Shown piece by piece: positions 20,059 to 30,081 of a stretch of 64,000 nt of DNA. Position 1 is the first letter of the stretch. Each line of letters opens with the position of its first letter. This DNA is from Alphaproteobacteria bacterium (GTDB lineage: Bacteria > Pseudomonadota > Alphaproteobacteria > RF32 > CAG-239). The stretch lies in assembly GCA_017475705.1 (NCBI GenBank), contig JAFVFB010000030.1:1056-65055 (forward strand). The letters run 5' to 3'. The notes below the pieces were generated by a model. The model had not been told where the DNA came from. It did not search any database and saw nothing but the letters and a program-made list of their open reading frames with translations. Position numbers and translations under genes: made by a program.

Positions 20059-22430
20059 GGTTTAACAAGCCTCCGGATAACGCGTAGTTTATAGCGATGA
20101 CACAAATACCAAATCAGCATCATCAATATCAGCATAATCGCCGGAAATACAAATATAATACAAATACTGATACTAGTAACAATAATTTGATAATGGTTAA
20201 ATATAGTGGCGTTAATTTTGCCCAGTTTGTTTTCGATTGTTGTAAGCGTTTGTTGTTGTTTTTGTGCCTCTTGCCAATTGCTTGCTGCTTCAACCCCAAA
20301 GTTCAAAACATTATTACCGAGTTTTACTTGGTTTTGTTTGTAGTCAGCCATTTTTTGCTTAACATCATCAATTTCAGCCGTGAATTTTTCTTTAATTCCA
20401 TCAAGCAATGAGCGCCCGATGCTAACATTAGCCAAAGCAAAAGGCCTGTAAGGAAGTTCAGGCTCAATATTGTCTGCCGCGGCCCAATCCACCACTCGTA
20501 GCCAAAACAGCAGATTATCATTAAAAGGGACGATTTGATAAAATCCATTATTACCACTACTGTCATCTGTTGCAAGCATATAGTCCTTAATCAAATCACA
20601 ATCATAGAAAAACACAACTTTACCGACTTTTTTTGAAACAGCCAATATTTCGTCAGATTCTGCAGCTAACTCCAGATAGTCAGAAACATATCGTCCCACA
20701 GAAATTGCTGCCACAGCTTGGTTATCCAGAGTAATGAGTGGTGAAGTGGTGTAATCATCACCATTGCTCAGATTAACAATTCCAGCCCCGTTTACCCAGA
20801 CAGAGCGAATGTTATCCCATTTAAAGTCAGGCATTACTAGAGCTGGTCCGATTGTTTCTTTTTCATCATCATGCTGATAAGAGGCAATCGTATTTATATC
20901 TGGTTTTATTCCAAATTTTTGCAAGAAGTTTTGCAATATAGTGTTGTTTTGTTTGCGGTTATTTTCTGGTTCATAGAGGATGATTAAGTTTCCTCCATTC
21001 AAAACATATTGTTCCATCGCCAACAAAAATTCAAAAGAGAGTTCCATCGGATTTATCACCAAAACAGCAGCAAATGTCGGTGCAATAAAACGAACATTCG
21101 GCTCAGCAAGGGTGACTTGATAAAATTCGCTTAATGTATTTTTAAGAGCCGAGAGTTCTTGCTGTGTATTTTTTGCCGCAATTAGGGCAATATTTTTCTT
21201 AGGCAAACCAAAATGCCGGATAGTGCGCAATATATCTGTTTCCAAGAATTCCTGCCGCATAGGGTTAAAGGCATTAATGGTCATAACATTTCCTTCATTA
21301 TCCGTAAAATCAGCACTCATAAAAACTTTATAACCCAATTTATCTTCAGTAAATACAACATTGTTTTGTAGCAGGGTTTGTTCCTGTTCGCTAAAGGGCT
21401 CAACCAAAATAATTTCCGGCCGTATTGCGCCATGAGATTCTTTCTCGAACAGCTTGAAAAGACGCTCCACATAGTCTGCATAAACAGCATAACTAGAGTT
21501 AACATCTTCACGTTTATTTTTGGCCTCATAAATTGTCACATTAATTCGTTTATCGAAATCATGCAAAAAAGCAGCTGTCTGTGCGGATAAGGTGAATTTT
21601 TTGGCAGAGGTAATATCAAAAGTTTTATTCCAGCCATAGCCACACCCCAATATAGATGCGATATATATTCCTCCCAATAATCCCCCAAAAAGTAAAATCC
21701 ATTTTTTCTGTTGCGAAGACGCCTGCCTTGCATAAGCGATAACCACAGTATTAAGCCACCAACAAAGCATTGTTCCTAAAGAAAAATAGACCATATGACT
21801 AGTCTGAATAGCGCCATTTAAAAAGCCATTATAGTTATAATCAAAAGTAAGTGCTTGCAAAGAAAAAGGTGTTCGTCCGATGTTAATAGGTAAAAATGAC
21901 ATTTGCATCACAACAAAAATACACAATGTCGTTGTCAAATAGCAAAGAATATGATTGCGATGAAAGGCAGAAATCAAGCAGCCGAGTGCTGTAAAGAAAG
22001 CTCCTAAAAGCCAAACGCCAATATAATTTGCTACGACGACACCATTATCCAAATTAAATAGCCAATAAGTCAAAAACAGCAATGGCAATGAACTTAAAAC
22101 CAACAGGCTGAAAAAACAAAATGCGGCACCAAACTTAGCCATAACCAAAGTTCCATAGCCAATAGGCTGTGTCAGCAACAATTCAATAGTACCACTTTTA
22201 TTTTCCTCGCACCAGGTGCGCATCGTAATTGCCGGAATAATAATCATCAAAATGAGTGGTTGCAAGGCAAAATAAGCTCCGATAGCATTGCTCTCTCTAG
22301 CGAAATAATTTCCCAGATAGAGACAGGCTATAGCCGATAAAATCGCATAGCCCCCAAAGATAACATAGGCATTTAGATAAGAAAAATACCCCTTAAAATC
22401 TTTATAGAGTTGTGTCAAAAACAGCTTCAT
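20055..22430 (-). CDS. Fused GldF-like ABC-2 permease and GldG-like auxiliary domain
   Basis: IPAITMRTWCEENKSGTIELLLTQP (GldF-like), then DIT..KKFTLS..T and EQYVLNGGNLIILYEP (GldG-like). Confidence 0.85.
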   Translation of the reverse strand: MKLFLTQLYKDFKGYFSYLNAYVIFGGYAILSAIACLYLGNYFARESNAIGAYFALQPLILMIIIPAITMRTWCEENKSGTIELLLTQPIGYGTLVMAKFGAAFCFFSLLVLSSLPLLFLTYWLFNLDNGVVVANYIGVWLLGAFFTALGCLISAFHRNHILCYLTTTLCIFVVMQMSFLPINIGRTPFSLQALTFDYNYNGFLNGAIQTSHMVYFSLGTMLCWWLNTVVIAYARQASSQQKKWILLFGGLLGGIYIASILGCGYGWNKTFDITSAKKFTLSAQTAAFLHDFDKRINVTIYEAKNKREDVNSSYAVYADYVERLFKLFEKESHGAIRPEIILVEPFSEQEQTLLQNNVVFTEDKLGYKVFMSADFTDNEGNVMTINAFNPMRQEFLETDILRTIRHFGLPKKNIALIAAKNTQQELSALKNTLSEFYQVTLAEPNVRFIAPTFAAVLVINPMELSFEFLLAMEQYVLNGGNLIILYEPENNRKQNNTILQNFLQKFGIKPDINTIASYQHDDEKETIGPALVMPDFKWDNIRSVWVNGAGIVNLSNGDDYTTSPLITLDNQAVAAISVGRYVSDYLELAAESDEILAVSKKVGKVVFFYDCDLIKDYMLATDDSSGNNGFYQIVPFNDNLLFWLRVVDWAAADNIEPELPYRPFALANVSIGRSLLDGIKEKFTAEIDDVKQKMADYKQNQVKLGNNVLNFGVEAASNWQEAQKQQQTLTTIENKLGKINATIFNHYQIIVTSISICIIFVFPAIMLILMMLIWYLCHRYKLRVIRRLVKP

Positions 22431-23146
22431 AGATTTTTCCTCGATTCGTTGCAGACAAGGCGAAACGCTTCATTCAGATCACGGTTTTTAGATATCTGCT
22501 GAAATTCATCAAGGGAGCAATCTCGCACAACTTTTCCTTCCGCAAGCATAACAATTCGTCTAGCAATAGCGGCATCTTCTAAAACATGGGTAGAAATAAA
22601 AACAGTTTTATCATGCGCATACTGGCGCAAAAACTGTCTGATATCAAATTTTTGATTAGGGTCTAATCCATCAGTTGGTTCGTCTAAAATTAAAAAATCA
22701 GGTTGGTGCAAAATGGCACCGGCAATTTCAACTCTTTTCTTAAACCCTTTGGATAGAGTATCGATTCGCGACGATAACACTTCTAAGATTTCCATTTGCC
22801 TTGCGGCATTTAAGATATTTTTTTTGCCGTCATCAACACGCCATACATTTGCTAGCCAATTTAAAAAATCATAAACAATCATATCGCCATAGAGCGTGGA
22901 TATTTCCGGCACATAGCCAATCTTTTTCAGTGCCTCTAATCTGCTTTCAGTTACCTCAAAGCCATCGATTCGCACATTTCCCATATCTGGTCTTAAAAAA
23001 CCGCATAAAATCCGCATTAAGGTCGATTTCCCCGCTCCATTTTCTCCTAGCAGAGCAACAATTTCCCCTTTATTAAGTGTCACATTAATATTTTCAAGTG
23101 CAGTTTTTGTTCCAAATTTTTTTGAAATATTTTCAATTTCAATCAT
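22427..23146 (-). CDS. ABC transporter ATPase (GldA-like)
   Basis: [33 protein letters not shown]. Confidence 0.93.
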   Translation of the reverse strand: MIEIENISKKFGTKTALENINVTLNKGEIVALLGENGAGKSTLMRILCGFLRPDMGNVRIDGFEVTESRLEALKKIGYVPEISTLYGDMIVYDFLNWLANVWRVDDGKKNILNAARQMEILEVLSSRIDTLSKGFKKRVEIAGAILHQPDFLILDEPTDGLDPNQKFDIRQFLRQYAHDKTVFISTHVLEDAAIARRIVMLAEGKVVRDCSLDEFQQISKNRDLNEAFRLVCNESRKNL

Positions 23147-23284
23147 ATTTCTTTCCTAAAACGAACCAATCCAAGATACAAATAACAAAAAATGTTTAAA
23201 ATTTTCACAATTTGCGTAAAAATCACAAAAACATAGATGACAAACAATTATTTAAGGAATATAAAGAAAAAAATAACAAACCTT

Positions 23285-23854
23285 ATGGAGATTGCATTGG
23301 AAGAGAAATATTCGCAAGAAGAAACAAAATCTATAAGAATTGGCCTTATGGCATTGCTTGTCATTTTGGTTTCTGTTTTTATAACCATTTCGCATAATTC
23401 TTCAATAAAGAAGAAAAATTTAGGCGGTTCATATCGTATTTATGCTAGTTTTGGTCGTACAGATGGTCTAAATCTCGGTGATCCGGTGCGTATGTCAGGG
23501 GTAACAATCGGCCGCGTTGTTGGTGCGCAGTTGGATGAAAATTTTCATTCTAGGCTTATTTTTGAAGTAGATTCGAAATATAAAATACCAGATGATAGCA
23601 GCGCTTCGATTGTTAGTTTTGGACTTGTTGGCGGTAAATATGTCGAGATTGAAGTTGGTGGTTCAGAAGAATACATCAAAGCCGGACAAAGTATGGAATA
23701 CACCCAAGATGCCATGGTTTTAGAAGAGCTGTTGGAACGGATAATATCAATGGGAAAAGCCAATAAAAAGCAAGCTAAATCATCAGATCAAACAACAGAT
23801 ACATTAGCAAATACAATAGTAGATACAGTAATAGGAGATGAAGCAGATGAATAA
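23285..23854 (+). CDS. mlaD: MlaD/MCE-domain protein, copy 1
   Basis: YASFGRTDGLNLGDPVRMSGVTIGRV, IPDDSSASIVSFGLVGGKYVEI. Start uncertain (23237 or 23285). Confidence 0.88.
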   Translation: MEIALEEKYSQEETKSIRIGLMALLVILVSVFITISHNSSIKKKNLGGSYRIYASFGRTDGLNLGDPVRMSGVTIGRVVGAQLDENFHSRLIFEVDSKYKIPDDSSASIVSFGLVGGKYVEIEVGGSEEYIKAGQSMEYTQDAMVLEELLERIISMGKANKKQAKSSDQTTDTLANTIVDTVIGDEADE

Positions 23855-24305
23855 AAGACCAGTAGAAACAATAATGGGTTTAGTCGTATTAGTTGTTGCA
23901 TCAGTATTTATGTGGTTTGCCTACCACGTATCAGATTTACGGGTTGTAAAAGGTTATCAAATAAATGCCCGTTTTCTTAAGGTTGGGGGGCTAAATACCG
24001 GAGCAGATGTACGTATTAATGGAATAAAGGTGGGTACAGTTCTTGCGCAAAAGGTCAATCCGCAAGATTATATGGTAGATGTTACACTAAGCATTATGCC
24101 TAATATTTCGTTACCAGTAGATAGTTCTATCACGATTGCCGGAGATGGCTTGATGGGAGACAAATTTATTAAGATAGAGCCGGGGCGTTCGCTGGAAAAA
24201 ATGCAGCCGGGTAGCACAGCTACGCAAACCAAAGATGCCAAATCGCTTGAAGATATGGTCGGTGAAATTATTTTTATGGTGACAAACAATGATGAAGAAA
24301 AGTAA
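23847..24305 (+). CDS. mlaD: MlaD/MCE-domain protein, copy 2
   Basis: ARFLKVGGLNTGADVRINGIKVG, GLMGDKFIKIEPG. Confidence 0.9.
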   Translation: MNKRPVETIMGLVVLVVASVFMWFAYHVSDLRVVKGYQINARFLKVGGLNTGADVRINGIKVGTVLAQKVNPQDYMVDVTLSIMPNISLPVDSSITIAGDGLMGDKFIKIEPGRSLEKMQPGSTATQTKDAKSLEDMVGEIIFMVTNNDEEK

Positions 24306-25065
24306 ATTAATATATACAACCTTAGCCTTAGGAGTACTTAGCCATAATGCTTTCGCTGCGGAGATATCAACCAATGCCGCGCTTATGCAGGCAATGGATA
24401 AAGTGACCGGTCGTGTTAACAAGATTACAGTTCCAGTAAACTCAAAAGTAACGTATGGTGATTTTTCCTTAGTTTTACGCGCGTGCAAAAAGCGCCCTGC
24501 TGAAGAAACACCGGAAAATTTTGCTTTTATCGATGTCACAGATAAAAGCTTTGGTGAAAACGAGTATAATATATTTAGGGGGTGGGTCGTATCTTCAACA
24601 CCAGGTATAAGCGCAATTGAGCATCCAATTTATGATATATGGTTGCTAGAGTGTGTAGATGCCAAAGTCGATAAAACCAAATTATTAACAGAGGCAGAGT
24701 TAGAAGCTCGTGAGCAACTTCCTGCTAAAGAGACAATGATTGCGCAAGAAAATACTCAAAAAGATATTCCTGCAAATAAAGTCAGTGTAGATGAACCGCA
24801 ACCGATACAAATAAAAGAATTTATCCATGAAGATAGAGATATAGAAAAGAACATTAAAGAGATGCCAACGTACATAGCTGAACAACCATCGGGTTATGTT
24901 AGTGATATTGAAGAGGGGGAAGAGCCAGAAAATTTATTGCTGTTCACCAAAATTCAAGAGCAAGAAGCAGAGAAGGCCGCAACACAAAATACCGAAACGG
25001 AAAATAGCCAAGAAAGTGATTTATCTCGTGCCATAGATGCGGAAATTCAAAGTCTCCAGCAATAA
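24289..25065 (+). CDS. DUF2155-family protein with an acidic C-terminal extension
   Basis: MDKVTGR..RAC..PE..AF..FRGW..SSTPG..EHPIYDIWLLEC. Usual neighbour of mlaD in Alphaproteobacteria. Confidence 0.88.
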   Translation: MMKKSKLIYTTLALGVLSHNAFAAEISTNAALMQAMDKVTGRVNKITVPVNSKVTYGDFSLVLRACKKRPAEETPENFAFIDVTDKSFGENEYNIFRGWVVSSTPGISAIEHPIYDIWLLECVDAKVDKTKLLTEAELEAREQLPAKETMIAQENTQKDIPANKVSVDEPQPIQIKEFIHEDRDIEKNIKEMPTYIAEQPSGYVSDIEEGEEPENLLLFTKIQEQEAEKAATQNTETENSQESDLSRAIDAEIQSLQQ

Positions 25066-25085
25066 TTGCAAAAATATAGAGAAAA

Positions 25086-25119
25086 AATATGCCTGACGTC
25101 ACAAAACGACAGGCATATT
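25086..25119. terminator. Hairpin between convergent genes
   Basis: AATATGCCTG...CAGGCATATT inverted repeat. Confidence 0.6.
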
Positions 25120-25160
25120 AAAAATGGCTTATAGATTTCTTCCAAAAATATGATATATCC

Positions 25161-27017
25161 TTAAATATCATTACCTGGGCAAGGCTCACCAGCAATACAT
25201 TTATGGTAAACTTTTGCACGACGATATCCGGTTAAGCCTTTATATTCCATGGTATGAATATAAAGGTTATTAACAGTAATAGTAAAGCTAACAACCGCAG
25301 AGTTACCATAATTATCAAAAGCATAAATTTTAATGAGATAACTTCCTTCGTCTTCAAGGGATGGTGTGCCACTAAAAGTCATAGATTTTGTGTCATATTG
25401 GAGCCATTGTGGTAAACCGGATTCATCAAGAGAACCTGCAACAGTTCTATACGGTCCACTCCAGCTAACGCGATCAAATGCGCTTTCAGGGACTTCAATA
25501 TTGATAGGAGAGCCAGTCCCCACCACTACATTAGGAACTAACGCCTGCGACGAGATGTCAACAGGCGGTTTTTTTCCAGAAAGAGAGATATTGGCTCCTT
25601 TAGGTACATTATAAAAGATACCATCTCGCCATTTATCCAATGCCTCTCTGATATGAACGGCAATAGCCGAAGGCGATTCGCTTAGCATATACGCAGGAAC
25701 AGGGTCCATGCCAACGCTAGCATAAAGTCTGCCAATAGCCTCTTGCACTTCAATATAAGATAAGAAAGCATTGGCTTCATCAATAATAGCCTTTGCCGAT
25801 TCAAGGTGGCTGATTGTTCGATTGCTACCTTCTATTGTTGTAATATCTTCAGCAATATCCTCAGATGTTGTTGCCACATTCATATTCAAGTAATAATTTT
25901 CCACAGCAGATTGGTACAAAGCCCAAGAAAGGTACACTTGGTTTAAGATGATGTTCGTCACTCTTTGACGTGCTAAAGAATTATAAGTTTCGCTACCTTG
26001 ATAGCGCACATCTTCAAACAGAGACATAGATAAGTCATTAGACTGGCGAGACCATTTGCTGTTATAGTAATTCGGATTTTGTTTATAATCACTGTTATCA
26101 ACATTATCAAAGTCTTTAATCACCAGTTCCAATTCTTCTTGAGAAGTTGTATTATCAAAAGCTCTTAATTCAGGACGATTTGTCAAAGCAAGCCATTCCA
26201 ACTGCTGCATTTTGGCACGCATAGAAGGAATAGCAAAATTACCATATTCCGAGCCAGCTAATTTAATCTCTGTAGATGGATATAGTCCGAGTAAACCAGC
26301 AAATTGTGTTTGAGCCGTATCAAGTTTTCTGCGTATATTTGCCAGTTCCTTAATATTTTCAAGATATTTCCGCTTTTTTAAGAGTAATGTTGTAGAGGGA
26401 GATTGTCCATATCTGGCAGATTCATTTGAACGAGCATTAATTTCATCAACAATGCGCACCAGATACTCATTCATATCGTCAATAACGGGGATGAGACGTT
26501 GGGCTGCTAAAGCTTTCCAATAAGCACGACGAGCCTCAAACATGATATTATTAACTACCTTGCGGCTTTGTTCTTCAGCGGCAATTTCTGGGCTACCTAA
26601 ACCATTTTGATAATAGGCCGAAGAAATATCAAGCATATTCCAAGAGTTTTTCAAATCTGCCGGAACAGCGTCAGAGGTCATGGCAGAATCATAGCCAAGG
26701 TTTGCGGCGATTGTTGGCAGAGCAGACGGAGTGATGTTATTTTTCACCAAATTTTCCTGATATGATGCAAGGCGTCTGGTGTAGTTATATTTCAAGGCAA
26801 GAGCCATTGCCATATACATATCTATTGGCCTTGAAATTTTAGAAGGTGTACCGATATACATATTTTGCATATCTACATCAGCTCGCACAGCTCTATCCCA
26901 ATCAGAATAGTAGGCAGACATTTCTGGTGCGTCTGTGATAACCGGCATATTTTCAGTAGAGGAGCACGCAGCCAAAAGTCCAGCCATAGCGCTCATAAAA
27001 CAAATAATTTTTTTCAT
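25161..27017 (-). CDS. TolC-like outer-membrane lipoprotein with a C-terminal putative Ig (He_PIG/cadherin-like) domain
   Basis: Lipobox LAAC; AMALALKYN, RRAYWKALAAQRL, LEWLALTNRPELR and RLYASVGMDP (TolC-like); LPQWLQYD..TFSGTP..GSYLIKIYAFD (Ig-like). Confidence 0.75.
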   Translation of the reverse strand: MKKIICFMSAMAGLLAACSSTENMPVITDAPEMSAYYSDWDRAVRADVDMQNMYIGTPSKISRPIDMYMAMALALKYNYTRRLASYQENLVKNNITPSALPTIAANLGYDSAMTSDAVPADLKNSWNMLDISSAYYQNGLGSPEIAAEEQSRKVVNNIMFEARRAYWKALAAQRLIPVIDDMNEYLVRIVDEINARSNESARYGQSPSTTLLLKKRKYLENIKELANIRRKLDTAQTQFAGLLGLYPSTEIKLAGSEYGNFAIPSMRAKMQQLEWLALTNRPELRAFDNTTSQEELELVIKDFDNVDNSDYKQNPNYYNSKWSRQSNDLSMSLFEDVRYQGSETYNSLARQRVTNIILNQVYLSWALYQSAVENYYLNMNVATTSEDIAEDITTIEGSNRTISHLESAKAIIDEANAFLSYIEVQEAIGRLYASVGMDPVPAYMLSESPSAIAVHIREALDKWRDGIFYNVPKGANISLSGKKPPVDISSQALVPNVVVGTGSPINIEVPESAFDRVSWSGPYRTVAGSLDESGLPQWLQYDTKSMTFSGTPSLEDEGSYLIKIYAFDNYGNSAVVSFTITVNNLYIHTMEYKGLTGYRRAKVYHKCIAGEPCPGNDI

Positions 27018-27151
27018 CAAATTATCCCTCAAACATTATCGTTCAACTAAATGTTTATACCAAATATTTTTTAATTGATAGTATTTTATTTGATTTTATA
27101 CAACTTTCATGTAAAATGCCAAATATACAGATTCTTATGAGTGGGGAATTT

Positions 27152-27970
27152 ATGTTAGATTTATTTTATACATTATTCAAATATAAAGAAAAAGCGCAAA
27201 AAGACGAGCTAGGTTATTATCCGGAAAAGGTTGAGGTGAGGGCGTTTCCGGAGCGGCGGTATTTATGGACCTCGCGTTTTTTTGTTGTCTTGTCTTGTTT
27301 AAGCATTTGTTTAAGTATGTTGCTCGGTAGCATTTTGATTATCATCATTCCCCTAAAGACGATTCGCATAGTTCCATTGCAAATTAATTATGAACTTCAT
27401 CAGGTCAATCGGATGTCTCCTTCTGTGGCCTCAGTTTTTGCCGGAGATTTAGTGACAGAAAGTTTAATGGCACAGTATATAACTGAACGTTACACTATAG
27501 AAAACGGTGCAGATCGGGAGCTGTATCTTGATAAACTTAAGTTGCGTCTTGGGGAAAATGAATTTGTATATTTAGCATCAGATCCAAATGTTTATCGCGT
27601 TTTTGATACCACCGAACGTCCGTATGCTGAGTTTCTACAGCAGCGAGGAGTTCATCGTAAGGTCAAGGTTTTGCGTATTTATCCTGTGTCGATGGATTTC
27701 TGGCAAGTCAAGTTTCAAACCATAGACACAGCTCCGGACATGCCAGTAGATGATTTTATGACGTTAATGAAGGTTAATATAAAAAATGCCAAAAATCCGC
27801 TTAAACAAGGGGAGCCTTTGGTTAGCAATTGGGTGGCGACCATTCGCATGCGTTTTAATTTTTCAAAGTATGAAAATAAGGATTTGGGCATTAAAAACCC
27901 CTTTGGGTTGACCATTATCAGCTATGATTTATCGTACTTAGGCAATAACATCAAAACAACAAGAGATTAA
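27152..27970 (+). CDS. VirB8/TrbF-like type IV secretion inner-membrane protein (orphan)
   Basis: Single TM followed by PLKT, QYITERY, WQVKFQT, WVATI and the VirB8-like motif NPFGL.I.SY. Confidence 0.75.
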   Translation: MLDLFYTLFKYKEKAQKDELGYYPEKVEVRAFPERRYLWTSRFFVVLSCLSICLSMLLGSILIIIIPLKTIRIVPLQINYELHQVNRMSPSVASVFAGDLVTESLMAQYITERYTIENGADRELYLDKLKLRLGENEFVYLASDPNVYRVFDTTERPYAEFLQQRGVHRKVKVLRIYPVSMDFWQVKFQTIDTAPDMPVDDFMTLMKVNIKNAKNPLKQGEPLVSNWVATIRMRFNFSKYENKDLGIKNPFGLTIISYDLSYLGNNIKTTRD

Positions 27971-28058
27971 CAGCATATTTTTTTCGTTTCTTTACTATTT
28001 ATCAAATAAATGATATATAGGATAAAGTCAGTTAACATAAAATGAGGATAAAACACAC

Positions 28059-28685
28059 ATGAGTAGAAGTGCATTGGAAGTATATGATAACACGTTGGTT
28101 CCTATGGTGATAGAACAGACATCAAGAGGAGAGCGTTCGTTTGATATTTTTTCACGATTATTAAAAGAGCGTATTATCTTTTTAACAGGAGAAGTTAATG
28201 ACGAAGTTTCGGCCCTAGTCTGTGCCCAGCTTTTATTTTTAGAGTCAGAAAATCCTAAGAAAGACATTTTTTTATACATCAATTCTCCCGGTGGTGTTGT
28301 AACCTCTGGTTTAGCGATGTATGACACGATGCAATATATTTCATGTGATGTTGCCACATTATGTATTGGTCAGGCCTGTTCCATGGGTTCGTTTTTATTA
28401 GCTGGTGGAACCAGAGGGAAGCGTTTTTCTTTACCGAATTCGCGGATAATGATACACCAGCCATCAGGCGGTGCGCGAGGTAAAGCATCAGATATAGAAA
28501 TACAAGCCAAAGAAATATTAGAATTAAAAAAGCGCTTGAATAAAATTTATGCAGAAAATACCGGTAACAAATTATCCGTTATTGAAAAAGCGATGGACAG
28601 AGATAATTTTATGAGTCCGGAGGAAGCTAAAAGTTTCGGATTGATTGATAGCATCGTTACAAACCGTTTAGAAATAGTAAAGTAG
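28059..28685 (+). CDS. clpP: Clp protease proteolytic subunit
   Basis: [39 protein letters not shown]. Confidence 0.98.
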   Translation: MSRSALEVYDNTLVPMVIEQTSRGERSFDIFSRLLKERIIFLTGEVNDEVSALVCAQLLFLESENPKKDIFLYINSPGGVVTSGLAMYDTMQYISCDVATLCIGQACSMGSFLLAGGTRGKRFSLPNSRIMIHQPSGGARGKASDIEIQAKEILELKKRLNKIYAENTGNKLSVIEKAMDRDNFMSPEEAKSFGLIDSIVTNRLEIVK

Positions 28686-28694
28686 GATAGGAAT

Positions 28695-29948
28695 ATGAGT
28701 GATACCGAAGATAATGTATTGCATTGCTCTTTTTGTGGCAAGAGTCAAAATGAAGTCAAAAAGTTGATAGCGGGGCGAGGTGTATATATCTGTGATGAAT
28801 GCATAGATGTTTGCATCAATATCGTATCGCAAGAGGTCAAAGAGGAGCGCAAAGCAGAAGAAGCTGCCATTGGGGAAAATCTCCCCACCCCTTCTAAGAT
28901 AAAAGAATTTTTAGATCAGTACGTCATTGGGCAAGAATATGCCAAAAAGGTTTTATCTGTTGCTGTTTACAATCATTATAATCGTTTAAATAGCAAACGC
29001 CAGCATGCGGATACAGACATTTCCAAATCCAATGTGATATTAATCGGTTCAACCGGTTCTGGGAAGACCTTATTAGCGCAAACTTTAGCCAAAGTGTTAG
29101 ATGTTCCGTTTGCAATTGCAGATGCCACCACCTTGACCGAAGCCGGATATGTTGGTGAAGATGTAGAAAACATTGTATTAAAGCTCGTCCAAGCAGCAAA
29201 TTATGATATAGAAAAAGCTGAGCGTGGCATTGTTTACATTGATGAAATAGATAAGATAACACGCAAGACAGATGGTCCTTCCATCACCAGAGATGTGTCT
29301 GGTGAAGGTGTTCAGCAAGCATAATTAAAAATCAACGAGGGGACGATAGCCAATGTTCCGCCGCAAGGTGGCCGCAAGCATCCACAGCAAGAATTTTTGC
29401 ATGTAGACACCACCAATATATTATTCATATGCGGTGGTGCGTTTGCGGGGTTAGAGAAAATAATTGGCCGTCGCGGGCAGGAGACGTCTATTGGTTTCGG
29501 TGCGCAAATCAAAGATTCTAAAGAAAAGACCTTAGGTGAAATATACAAAGACGTTCAGCCTGAAGATTTATTAAAATATGGTTTGATACCGGAGTTCATT
29601 GGCCGTCTTCCAATTATTGCGACCTTAGATGACCTCAATGAGCAAGCATTGATTAAGGTTCTAACGGAGCCTAAAAATGCATTAATAAAGCAATACAAAG
29701 CGTTATTTGAAATGGAAGATGTCAAGTTAACCATTACGGATGATGCCTTAGTAGCCATTGCCAAAAAGGCCATTGAGCGCAAAACAGGTGCTCGTGGTTT
29801 ACGGGCGATTATGGAAGAAAATTTATTAGAATTGATGTACGATATTCCGGATAAGAAGGATGTCACAGAGATTGTGATAAATGCCAATGTAATAAATGGT
29901 GGTAGTTTGCCGGTATACATTCGTAGACGTCATAAAAAAACCGCCTAA
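28695..29948 (+). CDS. clpX: ClpX ATPase interrupted by an in-frame TAA at 29322-29324
   Basis: Zn finger CSFCGK, GSGKT and [27 protein letters not shown] continues in the same frame to TGARGLR. Confidence 0.93.
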
Positions 29949-30081
29949 AGGAGCATTTATCGTCCCTTAAGAGTGCGCCTGTGCCATCTTATTTTCTATC
30001 TTGAGGGAATTTTTAGAAAAACCGCAATCAGATGCCTGTCACATGCACAACCTGCAAGTACCGGCATCTCATCTCTCCTTT

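Noticed and set aside
23285-24305. Tandem mlaD paralogues as a novelty
   Set aside because: Paired MlaD genes beside DUF2155 are, to my knowledge, a familiar alphaproteobacterial arrangement.
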